Positions 24,085 to 38,769 are shown, counted from the first letter of the whole stretch. The stretch: 62,403 nucleotides of DNA, filler included, from Dugesia japonica (GCA_001938525.1; 6 parts of 6 records of this genome joined end to end with filler, not necessarily neighbours in it); one strand, 5' to 3'. Notes: a model not told the origin generated them from the sequence alone. Program-made: numbers and translations.

Positions 24085-26900
24085 ACTGTTTAATTTGATT
24101 CGTATTAATTTAAGCAGATAAAATTTGATTCATGTTAAATTTAAATTGATCGATTTTTTTTAATATTAATTATAAGCTGCTAAACCTTGATTCATATTAA
24201 TTTCAAGCTGTTAAATTTGATTTATATTAATTTCAAACTGATAAATTTTAATTGGTATTAATTTTAAACTTTATAATTTTGATTCTTATGAATTTTATGC
24301 TGGTAAAATTTGATTCTTATTAAATTGAAACAAATTAATTCTTTCCTTAAAATCTTATGAATTTTAAGGTTTTTTGATGAAAGTTGTATTTTAAATGACG
24401 AATTATATACTTTCTATGTAGTTTTCTCTAATTTTCTATGAAGACTCCTGTATTAACCATGATGATACCTATATATTATATGATGAAGTGCCTATGTTTT
24501 GGTTGAAACTATAATTTCCAATGACAAAGTGTTTATTTTCAACTATGAACCTATATTTTAAATGTTGACTTAGAAATTTATTGTGTTGTTTTAGAATTTC
24601 ATGTGATGAAATGTAAATTTAATGACTTCTATATAACTTTAGCATGATGAATAATAATTTTTTTGTACTGATTTAGAAATTTAATGTGTCTACTTTGAAT
24701 TTGATTGTGTTATTGTGTTGGGTATTTCTACTCAACAAGTTATTTTATGGTTCGTTTACTTTGTAACTATTGTTAGATAACATGTTCGTGAGTTTACGGT
24801 AGTTGAATTTACCTTGTGTATGTTTATACGATATTATATAAATGATATTTTATCCAAATATTGATTTGGTGATATATTGTAATTACATTATATAAATAAA
24901 TGAAAAATATACCCTTTAAAAAATATTTTATTTCTGATGTATAAAAATATGAATACAATTCAGTAATCCCAAGACCTTATTAGCAATAATTTAGATCAAG
25001 TTAACGATGCCGCCCAGAGAGGTTGGATGTTAACTGATTAAAAGTTACTAAAAAATTGAGTGAAATCAGTCAGTATTTATACTGATTTTACTCGCATGCA
25101 AAATATCCTTAACCAATGAAAACAAAACACCTTTACACAATAAATAAAATTTTTCTTGACAAATAAATAAAATTTCCTAGTTTAGCTAATTTAATTTTCT
25201 ACAGTTAATAATATTTTCACAAAAAAATCGATTTATTATTTCCGATTAGAAATATTTTTTGTAAGAAATTAACACACTGCATATAATAATTTCAAAAAAA
25301 TAAATATACACCAATCAAAATTTCTTTACAATAACTTTATACATAATTCACAAAATGAAATAAATAATGGATCAATTATAAAGTCTAAAAACATAATTAA
25401 CAAAATGAAATAAATAGATCGATTATAAAGTCTAAAGACAAATTAAATGTCTGTTTAAAGGATACATTTGAATGTTAATACTAAGGGTATTTTGATATTT
25501 GTAGATACTGAGTATTGATACGGAGGGTAATTTGATAATAATTAGTTGATGATTTGATTATGTGGGTGTATGTTTTTGTGTTTGTGATGTCCTCGATCTC
25601 AACAATTGAATGAAAATTTGTGAGATAGAATGTAATTTTAGTGTTATAGATTATAACATTTTATGCGTTAAAACTTAGAGTTTTACTTGTTTAGTGTTAA
25701 TTTTTATGGGCTATATTAGGCTTTTGTGAGATGGATTAAAATTTTAAAGCGGTGACTTAGAAATTGCAATGTGATGAACTATATTTTAGTGTGACAAATT
25801 ATTATTATGTGACAAGAATTATTATTTTGAATGATAGATTGTAATTCTAGTGTGATCGATTATACTTTTATGTGATGAATTATAATTTCATGTGTTGACT
25901 TAGAAATTTTGTGTGATTGAATATACTTTTAATGTGATGTATTATAGTTTTTATGCGTTGACTTAGAAAGTTTACATGTTGTTTTATAATTTTTATTTGT
26001 TAGTGTAGAAATTTATGTAAATGTTTGTAAGTTTTACATTACCTCTAAAAATCACTTATAAAACCATAGTAATGCTTAAAATTATATTCACAAATACTTA
26101 TTTTCTCTATGTTATTAAATTCTTCCCGGACTATATTAACAATAATGTCCTCCGAGCTATATTAATGTTAAAACCAGTGAATAGTGAGAGAGACTAATTG
26201 ATATTGAAAGAATGCCAGTGAGTAGTGAAAGAAAGCTAGTAAGTTATTGAGAAGAGTGAAAAGTTCGATAAAATCAGCAACTGCAAGGAACGTCAAGTGC
26301 AGAGTGGGTAGATACTAGTAAAGAGTGTGAGGAAAATTTCTAAGTCAACACATAAAATTATAATTTATCACATAAAAGTCTAATCGATCACACTAGAATT
26401 ACAATCTATCATTCCAAATTCTAACAAATTACATTAAAATTATAATCAATCACACAAAATTTTTATTTCATTATACAAAATTTAAGTCATCTCATGAAAT
26501 TAAAGCTCAAGGCATATAACTGTATAGACGTCATTAATAATTTTCAAAGATTGTAAAGAATTGTTTGAAATTATCATAGATTACATAAAAGTAATCAAAC
26601 TCTTTCAAAATTACATAGACGTCATTAAAAAGTCTGAAAAATGCATAATAGTTAATACAGATTTACTAGAAGTCAATTAAAGTTTTCAAACATTACATAG
26701 AAGTCAATAAAAATTTAAGTTCATAACATTAAATTACATTCCATCAAACAAAGAATTATAACGCAACATGTAAACATTTTAACTCATCATATAAAACATA
26801 ATATATTCCACTAAAACTACATTCAATCACATTAAAACTGTAATCCATTACATAGAAATTAAATTTCATTACACAAAATTTTAAGTCAACACATTTTAAA
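24085..26900. repeat. Foldback-like region of short-period repeats in inverted arms
   Basis: ~29-bp repeats at 24085-24330 and ~22-bp TGACTTAGAAATTT-type repeats. 25830-25910 is a close reverse complement of 26335-26415. Confidence 0.65.
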
Positions 26901-27028
26901 TCTTTCAAAATTTTAATGAGCAGGGCGCGAATAATAAAAAGTACTTTGTACATGTTGGTAAAAAACTTGGATAAATGTTTTACCAAAACGTATTCACATT
27001 TGTAATCATTCAGGTCATAGAGGATTAA

Positions 27029-27950
27029 CCCTTAACCGCCCAGTAGTGTCTCAGAGACACTGTTTACATTTCGTTTTCATAGTAAATCTAAAGTTTTGAA
27101 TGTATACAAAGTAAACTTCATATAATTTATCACTATAGTCTTGTCAACCAAAATTACTAATCGAAGTTATTCAAATCAAATTATTACTTTGGCAATTATT
27201 AAAAGGTCATAAATGTGACACAAAGACCNNNNNNNNNNNGATAGACACAACATATAGTGTTATAAGGTTAACAGTAATAAAATAACCTTGGTGATGTAAG
27301 TTACTTACGCAAATAACTATAAATATAATTTCAATAAATTCAAATAACAGAATAATGTGGATTTCACAGAATATTGGGATTTAATGTTTGGTCGCCCTTT
27401 TTTCGTGCTACAATGGGTAAAATATATTTGCGGATATCCAACGTTTTTTAAGATTTAATAATAAAGCTACAAGGTCTCAAAGAAGATCAAAAGATAAATT
27501 GGCGCCTATCAGAGATCTTTGGACCGATATCAATATTAATCTTCAAAAGTTCTATTTACCTGGTGAAAACCTAGCGATTGACGAACAACTTATTCCGTTC
27601 AAAAGCTGAGTATCATTTAAACAATACTTGCCATCTAAGCCTGACAATTATGGTATGAAGGTATGGTAGATTTGCGATAGTGAAATAAGTTATCCTCTTG
27701 CTGGTTTACCATACCTTGGAAAACTTGAAAAGAATAAGACAGAAAATTTAGCTCATCATGTTGTACTTACATTATGTGAACCATATTATGGAACGCATAG
27801 AAATATTACATTTGATAACTATTTTACAAGCCTTGAGGTGGCACAATCACTACTTCATAATGGTCTGACAATGGTTGGTACTCTTAGAAAAAATAAACGC
27901 TGTATTCCAGACAATTTTCAGCCAATTAGAGGACAGAATATTGAAACTAA
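27029..27950 (+). mobile_element. piggyBac transposon remnant (PGBD-like transposase pseudogene)
   Basis: TTAA|CCCT left end. Reads DKLAPIRDLW...AIDEQLIPFKS*VSFKQYLPSKPDNYGMKVW...ITFDNYFTSL...VGTLRKNK. Confidence 0.92.
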
Positions 27951-28264
27951 NNNNNNNNNNNNNNNNNNNNNNNNNNNNNNNNNNNNNNNNNNNNTTAATT
28001 AATTAANNNNNNNNNNNNNNNNNNNNNNNNNNNNNNNNNNNNNNNNNNNNTAATAATAATAATAGTAATATTAATAATATTATTATTAATAATAATAATA
28101 TAAATAAAGAATTATAATTCTATTTAATTTTATTTTACTATTATATTATTATTCACGTTATTCATATTATTTACATTGTGTACATTATTATTGCAAGAAT
28201 TTATAAAAAATATTATTAAAAATATTAAATAAAAACTAAATCAATATTATTTATTAAAATAATC

Positions 28265-28560
28265 AAGCAAATGATTGGATTTCTTCATCTGTCTGCTAAT
28301 GACAAAATAAAGAAGCCCGTTAAGGCAGATGATGAGAAAAAGAATTAATTAGGACTTGTATTTTTCTACCATTGAAACTCAATAAATCTCTCTTGCACGA
28401 TGCAAGGAAGCCTCTCATTGGAAACTGCTCAATATGGGATACAGAAATCATTTAATTAACCAATCATTTCATCATTGGGCTTCTTTAATGCGCAGTATCA
28501 GCATCGTCCGTTACGCAGAATATAAATGGATACCAAAGTGCTTTAATTTAATATTAATAT
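28265..28560 (+). promoter_or_regulatory. Candidate glass proximal promoter
   Basis: A non-repetitive, relatively GC-richer island with four CCAAT/ATTGG boxes and TATAAAT at 28521, ~190 nt upstream of the ATG. Confidence 0.4.
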
Positions 28561-28710
28561 TATATATACATCGAACGATAGAATTATAAATTTGTTTATT
28601 TTAGACATTTTTTGGACTTTATTTTTTCTTTTGTTAATAAAAACGTGAAGCAATTTGTAAATTTATTGAATAAAATTTGTAAAGGATAAATAAGAAGTTG
28701 ATTTTACAAA

Positions 28711-30093
28711 ATGGTTTTTCCTTATACTTCTCTTACGGCTGCTTGCAATTTTTCTGCGTCTTCAAATTTTCAAATTTCAGAAACATGTTTAAACAATGAA
28801 ACTCCTTCAGCGTTTGTTAGCGGAAATGGACAAAACTATTCCAGGCCCAATATGGGCTACAATTCTGATTTTCAAGTTTCAAGTAGTCAGTGCAGTGAAA
28901 CAACAGACAGTGTTGGTAATAGTCATAACACATCTTCAGATATGAATTACGATCCAAATAATTGTCAAAACTTTTCTTTTTCATCGAATGTGTTAGGTAA
29001 TTTACAAAACTGGAATGGTAAACGATCAAATTATTTTAGCTATAAACTGAATGACATGAAACAATTTTACAATCAAGAAATACCGATTGTAGAGAATTCT
29101 GTACCAATGTATGGTAATGGTCCTCATTTGAATAGTGACAATGGTTATTATTCATCACCGAACATTATTGACACAGAAATCGACCATATTCAACCAACTT
29201 CATGTAACATTTTTCCAACTTGTATGAATATTAATCTTTCAATGAAAATGAATGTTGATTTAGAAGCAGCATATACGAGACATGAGAAATATCCATCTCG
29301 GTATCATATGAGTCCATTTTGTCAAAACTATCCATTATCTCCAATAGATATTCATAAATCATCACAATATAGACAAATGAATACAATTGATCCATTTCCT
29401 TATACTCTTTCTCATAATCAATATTCTGAAAACGAAATCAACCCCTTCATTAATTCTAATAATACTTCATTGATTGATGAACGAGCTATGTCTCAGTTGT
29501 ATAATTATGGACACATTGACAATTATAGAATTCGAATACATCCCGGTCCAAATTCTAATACACCTCTGTTTAAATATCCGAATATGGGTAATTTAGTAAA
29601 AGAAGGAAGTCAGCGAGATCTTAAATTGTTAGCTAGTCATTTATATTTGGATGAACCGAATCAATGTCATCTTTGTGGAAGATCTTATGCTCGTCCTAGC
29701 ACATTGAAAATACATATGAGAACTCATTCTGGTGAAAGGCCATTTAAATGTAATGTTTGTTCAAAAACCTTCTCACAAGTTGCAAATTTAACTGCTCACA
29801 AAAGAATTCATTCTGGCGAAAAACCGTTTTCCTGTCATATTTGTTGTAGAACTTTTTCACAAAGTTCTTCTGTAACAACTCATATGAGAACGCATTCTGG
29901 AGAACGACCATATCGATGTCATCATTGTAGTAAAGCATTTTCTGATAGTTCAACTCTAACAAAACATACTCGTGTTCATTCTGGAGAAAAGCCTTACAAA
30001 TGCAGAATTTGTTTATTAAAATTCTCTCAATCCGGAAATCTTAATCGACACATGAGAGTTCATTTAAACAGTATTAATTCATCTGCAGAATAA
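28711..30093 (+). CDS. gl: Glass-type five-C2H2 zinc-finger transcription factor, single coding exon, 460 aa
   Basis: Finger helices [38 protein letters not shown] and [10 protein letters not shown] match Drosophila Glass. N/S-rich N-terminus; AATAAA at ~30250. Confidence 0.95.
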   Translation: MVFPYTSLTAACNFSASSNFQISETCLNNETPSAFVSGNGQNYSRPNMGYNSDFQVSSSQCSETTDSVGNSHNTSSDMNYDPNNCQNFSFSSNVLGNLQNWNGKRSNYFSYKLNDMKQFYNQEIPIVENSVPMYGNGPHLNSDNGYYSSPNIIDTEIDHIQPTSCNIFPTCMNINLSMKMNVDLEAAYTRHEKYPSRYHMSPFCQNYPLSPIDIHKSSQYRQMNTIDPFPYTLSHNQYSENEINPFINSNNTSLIDERAMSQLYNYGHIDNYRIRIHPGPNSNTPLFKYPNMGNLVKEGSQRDLKLLASHLYLDEPNQCHLCGRSYARPSTLKIHMRTHSGERPFKCNVCSKTFSQVANLTAHKRIHSGEKPFSCHICCRTFSQSSSVTTHMRTHSGERPYRCHHCSKAFSDSSTLTKHTRVHSGEKPYKCRICLLKFSQSGNLNRHMRVHLNSINSSAE

Positions 30094-31707
30094 ACAATTA
30101 AATACGCTAGTGAATTTGTGTGATTTTCATTTGTATACTGACTTCGAATGGAAAACAATACTGACCAATTCTTAAATTATGTAAATTATCAAGTTGTTTT
30201 TTTTTGTTTGAAATTTATTTATAGTAAATATTTCTGATGACTACTGGAAAATAAATAAATATTTTTCAAAATTAATTTTTAAATTGATAAATAAGTTTCA
30301 ATAATTTTCTTAAAAATATTACAAATTAGATATATTGTAAAAAAAAATTAGATTTCTTTTTCCTTGAAATGATTTCATGTTACACCTATTTATACAGACA
30401 TCTGTCATTTTGATGCATAAATGTTTAATGCGATATGTTATATCCGATTTTATATTAGGGGTGGTATTTGAAAAATCGCATAAAAAAGACCGCATAAAAA
30501 CTGTAGTTTTAAATTTAATAAACAATAAATAACTTGATTGAAAATATTCAATCGTATAAATTTTGAAATATTTCATAATTTATATTTAAAATTAGTAATG
30601 AATTAGTAATAATAATAAAATTAATATTAATTAAAATTAATAATATTCAAATTAATTTATATTTACATTCAGAATTTATATTTAAAAATAATAATAATAA
30701 TAAATTTAATTAATTTTAAAGGAATATGATGGATACTATGGTTACTGGTTCAAGTATCATTAAATTAATTATTATTAAATTTATTATTAAAGACGAATAA
30801 TTAAGAAAATAGTAATTTCAGAGAAAAATTTATATAAACCAGTGATTTACATTAATTAATTAAAATTAATTCAAATCTCTATGAAAATTAAATTTAAGTA
30901 TCTATTTAAAGTTTTGTTTTAGACCAGTAGATTATTAAATTTCATATTTCAATGACCATTTTGATTCTACAAAAAAATTTTGACATTAAATAATTTTTAA
31001 AATTCATACAACAAATTCAAAGAACATAATACCAAAGAAACATACTCACTCGACCTTTTAATGAAGTTCTGTTTATTTTCTTTATTTTAATGAAGATTTT
31101 TGATTTTTAATAATTATTGTAATTTATTAGAATTAATCGCATTAATTAATTTATTTTTAATATATTTTTATTTATTTTTAAAATAGGATATTGATGTCTT
31201 TTAACTAGACTATGTTTTGATCTTAAAATTTTTTTTTCTTTCAAATTCTACATGTTTTGCTGCTTAATTTCAAGTATGTCAGAATAATTACACTCAATTT
31301 CAATAATAAATAAACATAAATGGTAGTGCTGTTTCAAAAAATTTAGGATTTCTAGTATTAATTATTCATTTATTCAAACCAAATTTTGTAATTTTCTTCC
31401 GACTATTTCTTTTGTTTCGAGATCAACACACATGTCCATAAATTCATCAAAAATTTGTTGATTTTCTATATTTTGTATTTTTTATTTTTTTTAGCCTTGT
31501 GTTGGTTTTTTTCTATTTTCTAGGATATTTAAAATGTTAAATGCGAAAATTTCTTGTAAAGTAGATTATTAAATAATGTTTAATTTTTAAAAATTTACTC
31601 GATTCTACATATTTTATAGATTTAAATAATTTTTTCTTATTAAATAAAAATTGTTTTAAATATTATAATATAATAAATATGTCATTAATTATTTTAATTA
31701 TTTAGAT

Positions 31708-32075
31708 CAGGGGTTCCCAACATGGGGTACGAAATAAAATTAACAATAATCAATTTTTAAAAAATAAATAAAAACCAAGCATAGAAATCGTTTGAATCCA
31801 CAATCAGATCTTCGAATTGCAATTAGTGAGCAAAATCCAAGATTCGAAAAATTAATAATACAAAAACAAGAACAAAAAATTCATTAAATATAATTTCATT
31901 ATATTTTTAATAAAATTTTTAATAATTTTGTTTGATTTGCAACTTTCTTTTTAACCTATTTACTATCTTTTACCATAAATTGCATGCCAATTAAATAATA
32001 TTTTTTTAATGGGGGTGCGAAAGTTAAATAACACTTTTTAGGTGTGGGAAATACGAAAAAGGTTGGGAACCCCTG
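31708..32075 (+). mobile_element. Non-autonomous hAT-Charlie/Buster element, 368 bp
   Basis: TIRs CAGGGGTTCCCAAC / GTTGGGAACCCCTG and a perfect 8-bp TSD ATTTAGAT. Retains KTKHRNRLNPQSDLRIAISEQNPRFEKLI...H* from the transposase C-terminus. Confidence 0.95.
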
Positions 32076-33751
32076 ATTTAGATTATAAACACAAAAAATA
32101 GACTACATTATTCAAGTAATTTTGTGAGTAACAATATCAATATCAATATTATTTTATAAAGAATTAATTCAGATTTTAATATTTTTTAAATATTTATTTA
32201 TATACTATTTTATTGGGATGATAAGAGAAAATTATTTTAATGAACAAATTTTCATTGTTTATAACACCCGCATAATTTATTAAACTTCTCAAACCAGTAT
32301 TAGCAGTGGGGTTGAAAACTATAATCTGTAGCAGACTTAGATATACCGATTTTGTTTTGGACTTATTTATACGAGAACAATTTAAGGTTTCTCTTTCCTT
32401 AATTACACATGCATAGCATGATTGAAATACAAATTGTATAAATTTAACAAGATACAATGAGTACAGAATAGCACAACTGTATGCAATTACGAGTGATATT
32501 CAAGTTTCATATTTGACCTGTGAGGATTAACAATAAAAATGCAATTGTATTAACATTGTATTACAATTACTATTGGAAATTTTCTTACTTGATTATCAAT
32601 ACAGATTCATAAATAAAATAGATAGAAATTAGATAGAAAAGAACAAGACATTCTTTAAATTAAAGTTATCCGAATCTGTTGTTCTCTTACAAACATCTAT
32701 TTTCTGATCTTATTGCTATACTAATTGATTAATTCTATTTGATTTGATATTGAGGTAACTGGTTTTTTGTAATGGATTCTTCTGAGTGAATTTCTAAGTA
32801 AAATAATCGCGATTTTAATTGAAATTATTTGAATTCTAATATTGATTGAAACTATTTGAATTGAACTTTATGATTGAAACCAATTTAATCGATACCCGAG
32901 TTTTACAGAGTTGTCTATTTTCTTGTCAAAATAGTTTTTAATAATCTACTTTTTCTACTTCCTATGCATACAATAGATTATTCATCTCTAATTTTCTTCC
33001 GAACAATAAACAAATGCACCGAATTAACCCATTTTTCCTGACATGTTGGAATCCTGTGAGATGGGCGTCAAATTTTAGGGACCGTCCCGGGTGGCATATA
33101 CTCTTGCTGCTCCACTGTATGAATCTGTGTGAGCTGTTTCATCATTGATTGATGAATGATTTTAATTTATTTTCAATTATTTGTAAATTCTTAGATTAAT
33201 CAATCAGTTTTTTGCAAAGTTTTTTATTTAGTGATAATTTATTTGAGTGGATAATTTATAAATTAATTTTATAATAACTAATTTTGTGTATTTTCTGTTT
33301 GCAATTTTCTTTACTGCAGGTTACTAATTTCACTAATTTTCAATATTAATGGTTTGATTTCGTTGTTGTCGTTTAATTATTGTTGAATATTGTTCAAGTG
33401 TTCGAAGTGTCACTTATCTGAAGGTTTTTTATTGACTCCATAAAACACAGGGATTGAATTTAGTGTTCCTAATCTAATACTTTAAAGTTGTGCAACTAAA
33501 CCTCATCCGTATCGCTATGTATACATTCCTCTCTTTGAATTCAGGTTTCTTTGGAACCCGTGATTTTTTACAGCCTAATTTTGGTGCAATTCTCCACAAT
33601 TTTCAGTAAAAAAAGTACCAGAGTCGACGGAATGTATTTATACAGTTTTCTTCTTAAATCCTGAAAAATTTTGACAACATCAACAGCTTTCAACGACTTC
33701 TTAACAAAGTACTTTAACAATTTTTTGTACAGGAATTTTTATATATATATG

Positions 33752-35430
33752 TGTGTGTGTGTGTGGGGGGGAGGAGGAGTGGTGGGTGTGAGGATATTAT
33801 ATTATATATTAATATCTATTAATATATACCGAAAATAAAAATGGCGATAAGTATACTCGAAATTCAAAACATGGTCGTCAAAAAAGAAAGCAAAACACTC
33901 AGATCTAAGAAGAATATAATTCAGTGAAAGGAAGAGATAATGAAAAGGAAAACCAAGNNNNNNNNNNNNNNNNNNNNNNNNNNNCAAAATTACAGCAAGA
34001 AACAACTCAGAAATAAGTAAACCAAAGAAGAAAAGAAGTAATAGAAGCTGTGGCAGGACGATGAAAAATAATGAATAACCTCCATTTCATTAGGCAAAAT
34101 CAAGAAAATCACATTGAATTATACTGGAAGAAAGGAAAAATTAATTACATGAATTAATTAATAGAAGAAAACAGTGAAATTAAATTTTAAAAAAATCAGA
34201 AAAAAACAAAGAAATGAACACTNNNNNNNNNNNNNNNNNNNNNNNNNNNNNNNNNNNNNNNNNNNNNNNNNNATTATTTATTTATTTAAATAAAATAAAT
34301 CAGACGAATTAAAATGATTTATTTTGGAGCAGAAAATAAATTATTTTAAAAAATAAGAAAAATAAAGGTTTCCGATGGAGCTAAAATCGGCAAATAAGAA
34401 AATGATGGACTAGAAAAAATCGGGGAATTCAAAAATTTTGGTTAGAAAATCGTAGCAAGATCCAGAAAAAAAGATATAAGGGTTTGAATATTGACCAATA
34501 ATTTTGAAATCCTAAAATAACCACCAATAAAAGAACTCCCGTGACGTTCACGTCAATGGAAACGTCAGAAAAATCTTACGACTCCAAATAACCAATGAAC
34601 GGAATGGGGGTGTGAAGAGAAACCGGTATTAATACCGATGAAAATCTCACCAAAAATTAATCTTCATCAAGAAAAATATCGAGTTTGACCGAAAAATATT
34701 CAATTATCACAAAAGGTGATTATTTCTACTCTATTTGATTCATGGTGCAACGATTTCCGACTCGATGGATTATAGAAGTTATGGAACCCATAATAATCAG
34801 TGTCGTGATGAAGATGGGGATCCCAAGTTAATGGTTAATTGTTACGCAATTGATAGTCATGATAAATCAAATAATTCCTGTGTGCTTGCTCCGGATTGGG
34901 ATTCAGTCAGTTGTTTGCTTATTATAATTGTTAAATTTATGTACTAGTAACAGTAAAATTTAGAATATAATTTTTCACTCATTGAATTCTTCTATTCCTT
35001 ATAACAGTAAAAACATAAGGTATTGATTTTTAACCTAAAAGTAGTAATTAAGCAAACTCAGTTAAAAATGTTTACCCGTTAATACGAAAAGATTTTAATT
35101 AATTAGGACCTCATTAATTGATAAAATTAACTCTAAATAAACGATTTATAAGTTGAAGTATAATGGACTTATGACTGATAAGTAATAAGTATGATTTGTA
35201 AATCAAGCGAGTATTATGAAATATGGACCCAAACCAAAGGAGTGCGAGTCTGTACTCAGATTTCGAGTCAACGGCTCCATTCCGAAGATCTGGATCTTTG
35301 GGGACACCAGATTCAAATTCATTGCGGGGTTTTACGAGATCAGTTACCCTAGATTTAATTTTATATATAGTTCGACCCCCCTAGATTTAACCATATAAGA
35401 AATCAACGCACCTAGGGTAAAACCCCAACA
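33752..35430 (+). mobile_element. LTR-like element, possible third member of the multi-ORF family
   Basis: Begins TGT(GT)nGGGG and ends CCCCAACA, with TATG on both sides. 34481-34500 resembles 12737-12765. Contains small ORFs at 34735-34947 and 35216-35398. Confidence 0.5.
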
Positions 35431-38400
35431 TATGTACTAAGATGCAGAAAACTATTTTCTAAATCGTTTACGGAAAATCAGCACCTTTTCTATCAAATTT
35501 GCCTTTGTAAATCATATTCAAAGGTGATTTATTTACTAAATTTTCTAGCTCTTCCTTTTGCACGTCATTATTTAAAGGATTCTGAAAATCGTAGATAACA
35601 TCCATATAAATCAAGCATCAAGCATAAACAAAGAAAAACTTACTACAAGGTAAACAGCACTGGATAAACACTATAATAAACATTTTTAATTAAATATATG
35701 TATTAATTAAATTGTGAATTTCACAACTATCCATAATTCTTATTCAAAATCACATTTATTTTACTTACGGCGAAAAGATGTAAAAACAATACATCATATT
35801 TAAAGAAGTAATCCATATCTGAGAATATTACATTTTATTTAAAAAATATCGATTTATTTTTAAAAAAATACACATCCAATATTTTCTTAAAATATATATT
35901 TCAATAATCCTTCAAAGCAATCTTATAATTTTTCAAAATAATTTTTAATATTTATAAAATTGATATTATATTTCCTACTATAAATATTTCAAAAAATATA
36001 TTCTTACTATAATTTGAAAAATATTTTCATTCAAAATAATTTTTGATATAATACAATATATAACAATTATTTAAATTAAATTACATTTTCAAAAAAATTT
36101 CTAAAAATTGTCTTCTATTTCAAAAATCTCTAATATACTTTTTTACTATAAAATATTCTAAATAATTTTTTTAAAATATTTCATAAAATAATTTCAAAAA
36201 TATAAAAAATATACCAAATTGTTTAAATTAAATTAATAAATTCTCCCGCATATGCATCATTTATGAATTTTTCTTACATTCCCCATGTTAAAAAAATTGT
36301 TAGTTTTTTCCACATTTCTTTCGATTATCTCGCCTTCTGAACTCTTCACCAGGTATCGCCTTTCAATTTCTTCTACGTTACTTTGCCATTTGTATGTCTC
36401 TGAACCTGATATACCATTAATTGTTCTCTTTTTTATTTTTTTTCCTTTGGATTTTTGTGTTTTGTATATTTAATTTATAGTATTTTTCTAAAATTTTTGT
36501 CTGATTTGTATAAATAGTTAGTTAATTAATGGAAATTTTAGAAATATTTTTATAAAATCAATAATTTTATTTTTTTATTTCATAAAAATATTGAAAATTA
36601 AATAAATGTAATTTCGTAGAAAAAAATAATGTTAAAATAAAAGTTTGAAAACTGAATTTCAAAATGTCAAATTTTTTAATTAAAACCATATTAAACAGTA
36701 CAAATCAAAATAAAAACATTTAAGAAATTATTTTAAAAATAGCGTGCTAAAATTACACATCACTAATTGCTTTCAATTGGCAACAAGATCTGATTTTCAT
36801 GTGGGGATATCAATCTACGCTGTTTGAAGCTTGATTTACTGTCCCAATTAGTAAGGTTGATTTTCATTAATTTCATGAAAATTGAAAATAATGTTTACGT
36901 TTTTCAAATGATGTGTTTTTTAAATTATCTTGTAATTTATCTTCTTATTATATTAAAATTTAGATATTCATTTAGAAGTTAACTTAAAGCTTATTTTTAC
37001 TCGATAATGTTATACTCCAAATAAAAAACTTACTTTTATAAAACTTTCATTGTCTTCAATTTACATAAAAGTAACATTAAAAAATAACCTGGTTTTATTA
37101 TTGAAAATAAATACAGCTGAAAAATCTAAATATACATAAATAATTGTTTTACAAGTGAACCATTGACTTGTCAATTGTTAAATACCGAGCTAGTAATGCC
37201 ATGGCTCATGGCGCACGGAAAATTGGGACGCCAAATAAATACAAAAAAATAAAATCAATCCTTCACAAGATATTAGGGCGCCATGAGACTAAATTTTTTT
37301 ATAGTAAATTAAAATTATGATATGTACATAAAAACAATCACTCAATATGGTACGATGTTTATTCAATATGATAAATATATGTATGTATATATGCATATAC
37401 ATCCAAGAAAACAAAATTACGCGTATCAATCGTAGTAATGTAAATTTTTAATAAACAGTTGAAGTAAAATAAAAATATTTATTAATAATTCATATTTTTG
37501 GGTTTTTTTGGCCTAGATATATTCTCTGCAGGCCGGGTCTGTAAATATATTCTCTGATATGTACAATGGAAACTCGGCAATTGGGATTAGGAAAACAACG
37601 CAATTCTGAGAAATATCAAAATCCCTGCCCAGACAATCAAAAACATGAAAACCAAGTGCGTTGCTTCAAACATTAACTTAAAAATATATAGAAACATCAA
37701 ATGAGTAATGAATGAAGATTCGGGGTTTGAAAAGGGGAGAAAATAAAACGCGACTATAAGAATTGAACTCGAATAGTTGGAAAACGTGAATTCCTGGCAC
37801 GTAAAAACGGGTTTCATTGCAACTAAAAAATTNAGAGTNGGGGAATTAGATAGATATCTCATTTATAAAACTAATAATATTCTTTTTATCTACAAACTTG
37901 AACGAATAACAATACTTTTGATTCATCTTGACTCATGCAAACTTTCAAATATTGACAAATATAGACAGAGTTAATATCAGCTTAATGGCTTAGAATTTTG
38001 AATTATTCATGTTAGAAATCATGTCTTGATTAATGACAATGTTGTAGCAGCCTAATTTTCAAGTCGAGTTGTCGAAATTTACATTTTCATTATTATACCA
38101 AAATAAATTAAAAGCAGCCAACATGGTTCTCACTTAGAAAATGTATTTTCATTCAGAAATAATTAGAACTGTGACGAAAATTGTTATATTGTGGAGATTC
38201 AAGTGTTAACCATGCTTCAAAAACATGTATTATGATAAGGACAACCCAAAAGTTTCAATTATTTTTGATAAAAAGTTGCAAACAAATTTAAAGATTAAAG
38301 TATAAAAGTTCATTAAATTTTTTATTGCATTTTTATTGCGTAAAATGCAATATAGACTTCCATTTGCTACCTTAATAATAAACTTTATTTTATATTGTCT

Positions 38401-38769
38401 TGCGCATTTCACTTGGTTTCTGGTGATTGAGTTAGAATTAGGTGCCATATGAGTAAAATTAAAAACAAAACAAATAAAATAATCAAGAACACTTATTTTA
38501 AAATGTTACAAAATAGTTGCATTTTTGCTCAAAAGTTGCGTCGGTTGCCTTAATTATGATCAATTTCCAAATACTAGGAAATTGGTAAATGATTTAAAAT
38601 TATTGATATTTGTTTGTTATTTAATCCCCAAATACTTTTAATTAAAAAATATTTATATTAATATTGCAAAAAGTTAACAAAATAATAATTTATTATTCTA
38701 ATCCTGAATTTTATAACACTTTCAGAAATAGTAAATGACAAACGATCAAGTGTTGCATCAATGGAATAC

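Noticed and set aside
30234-30255. CTGATGA-N6-GAAA in the glass 3' UTR as a hammerhead
   Set aside because: No plausible stems I or III and no cleavage triplet.
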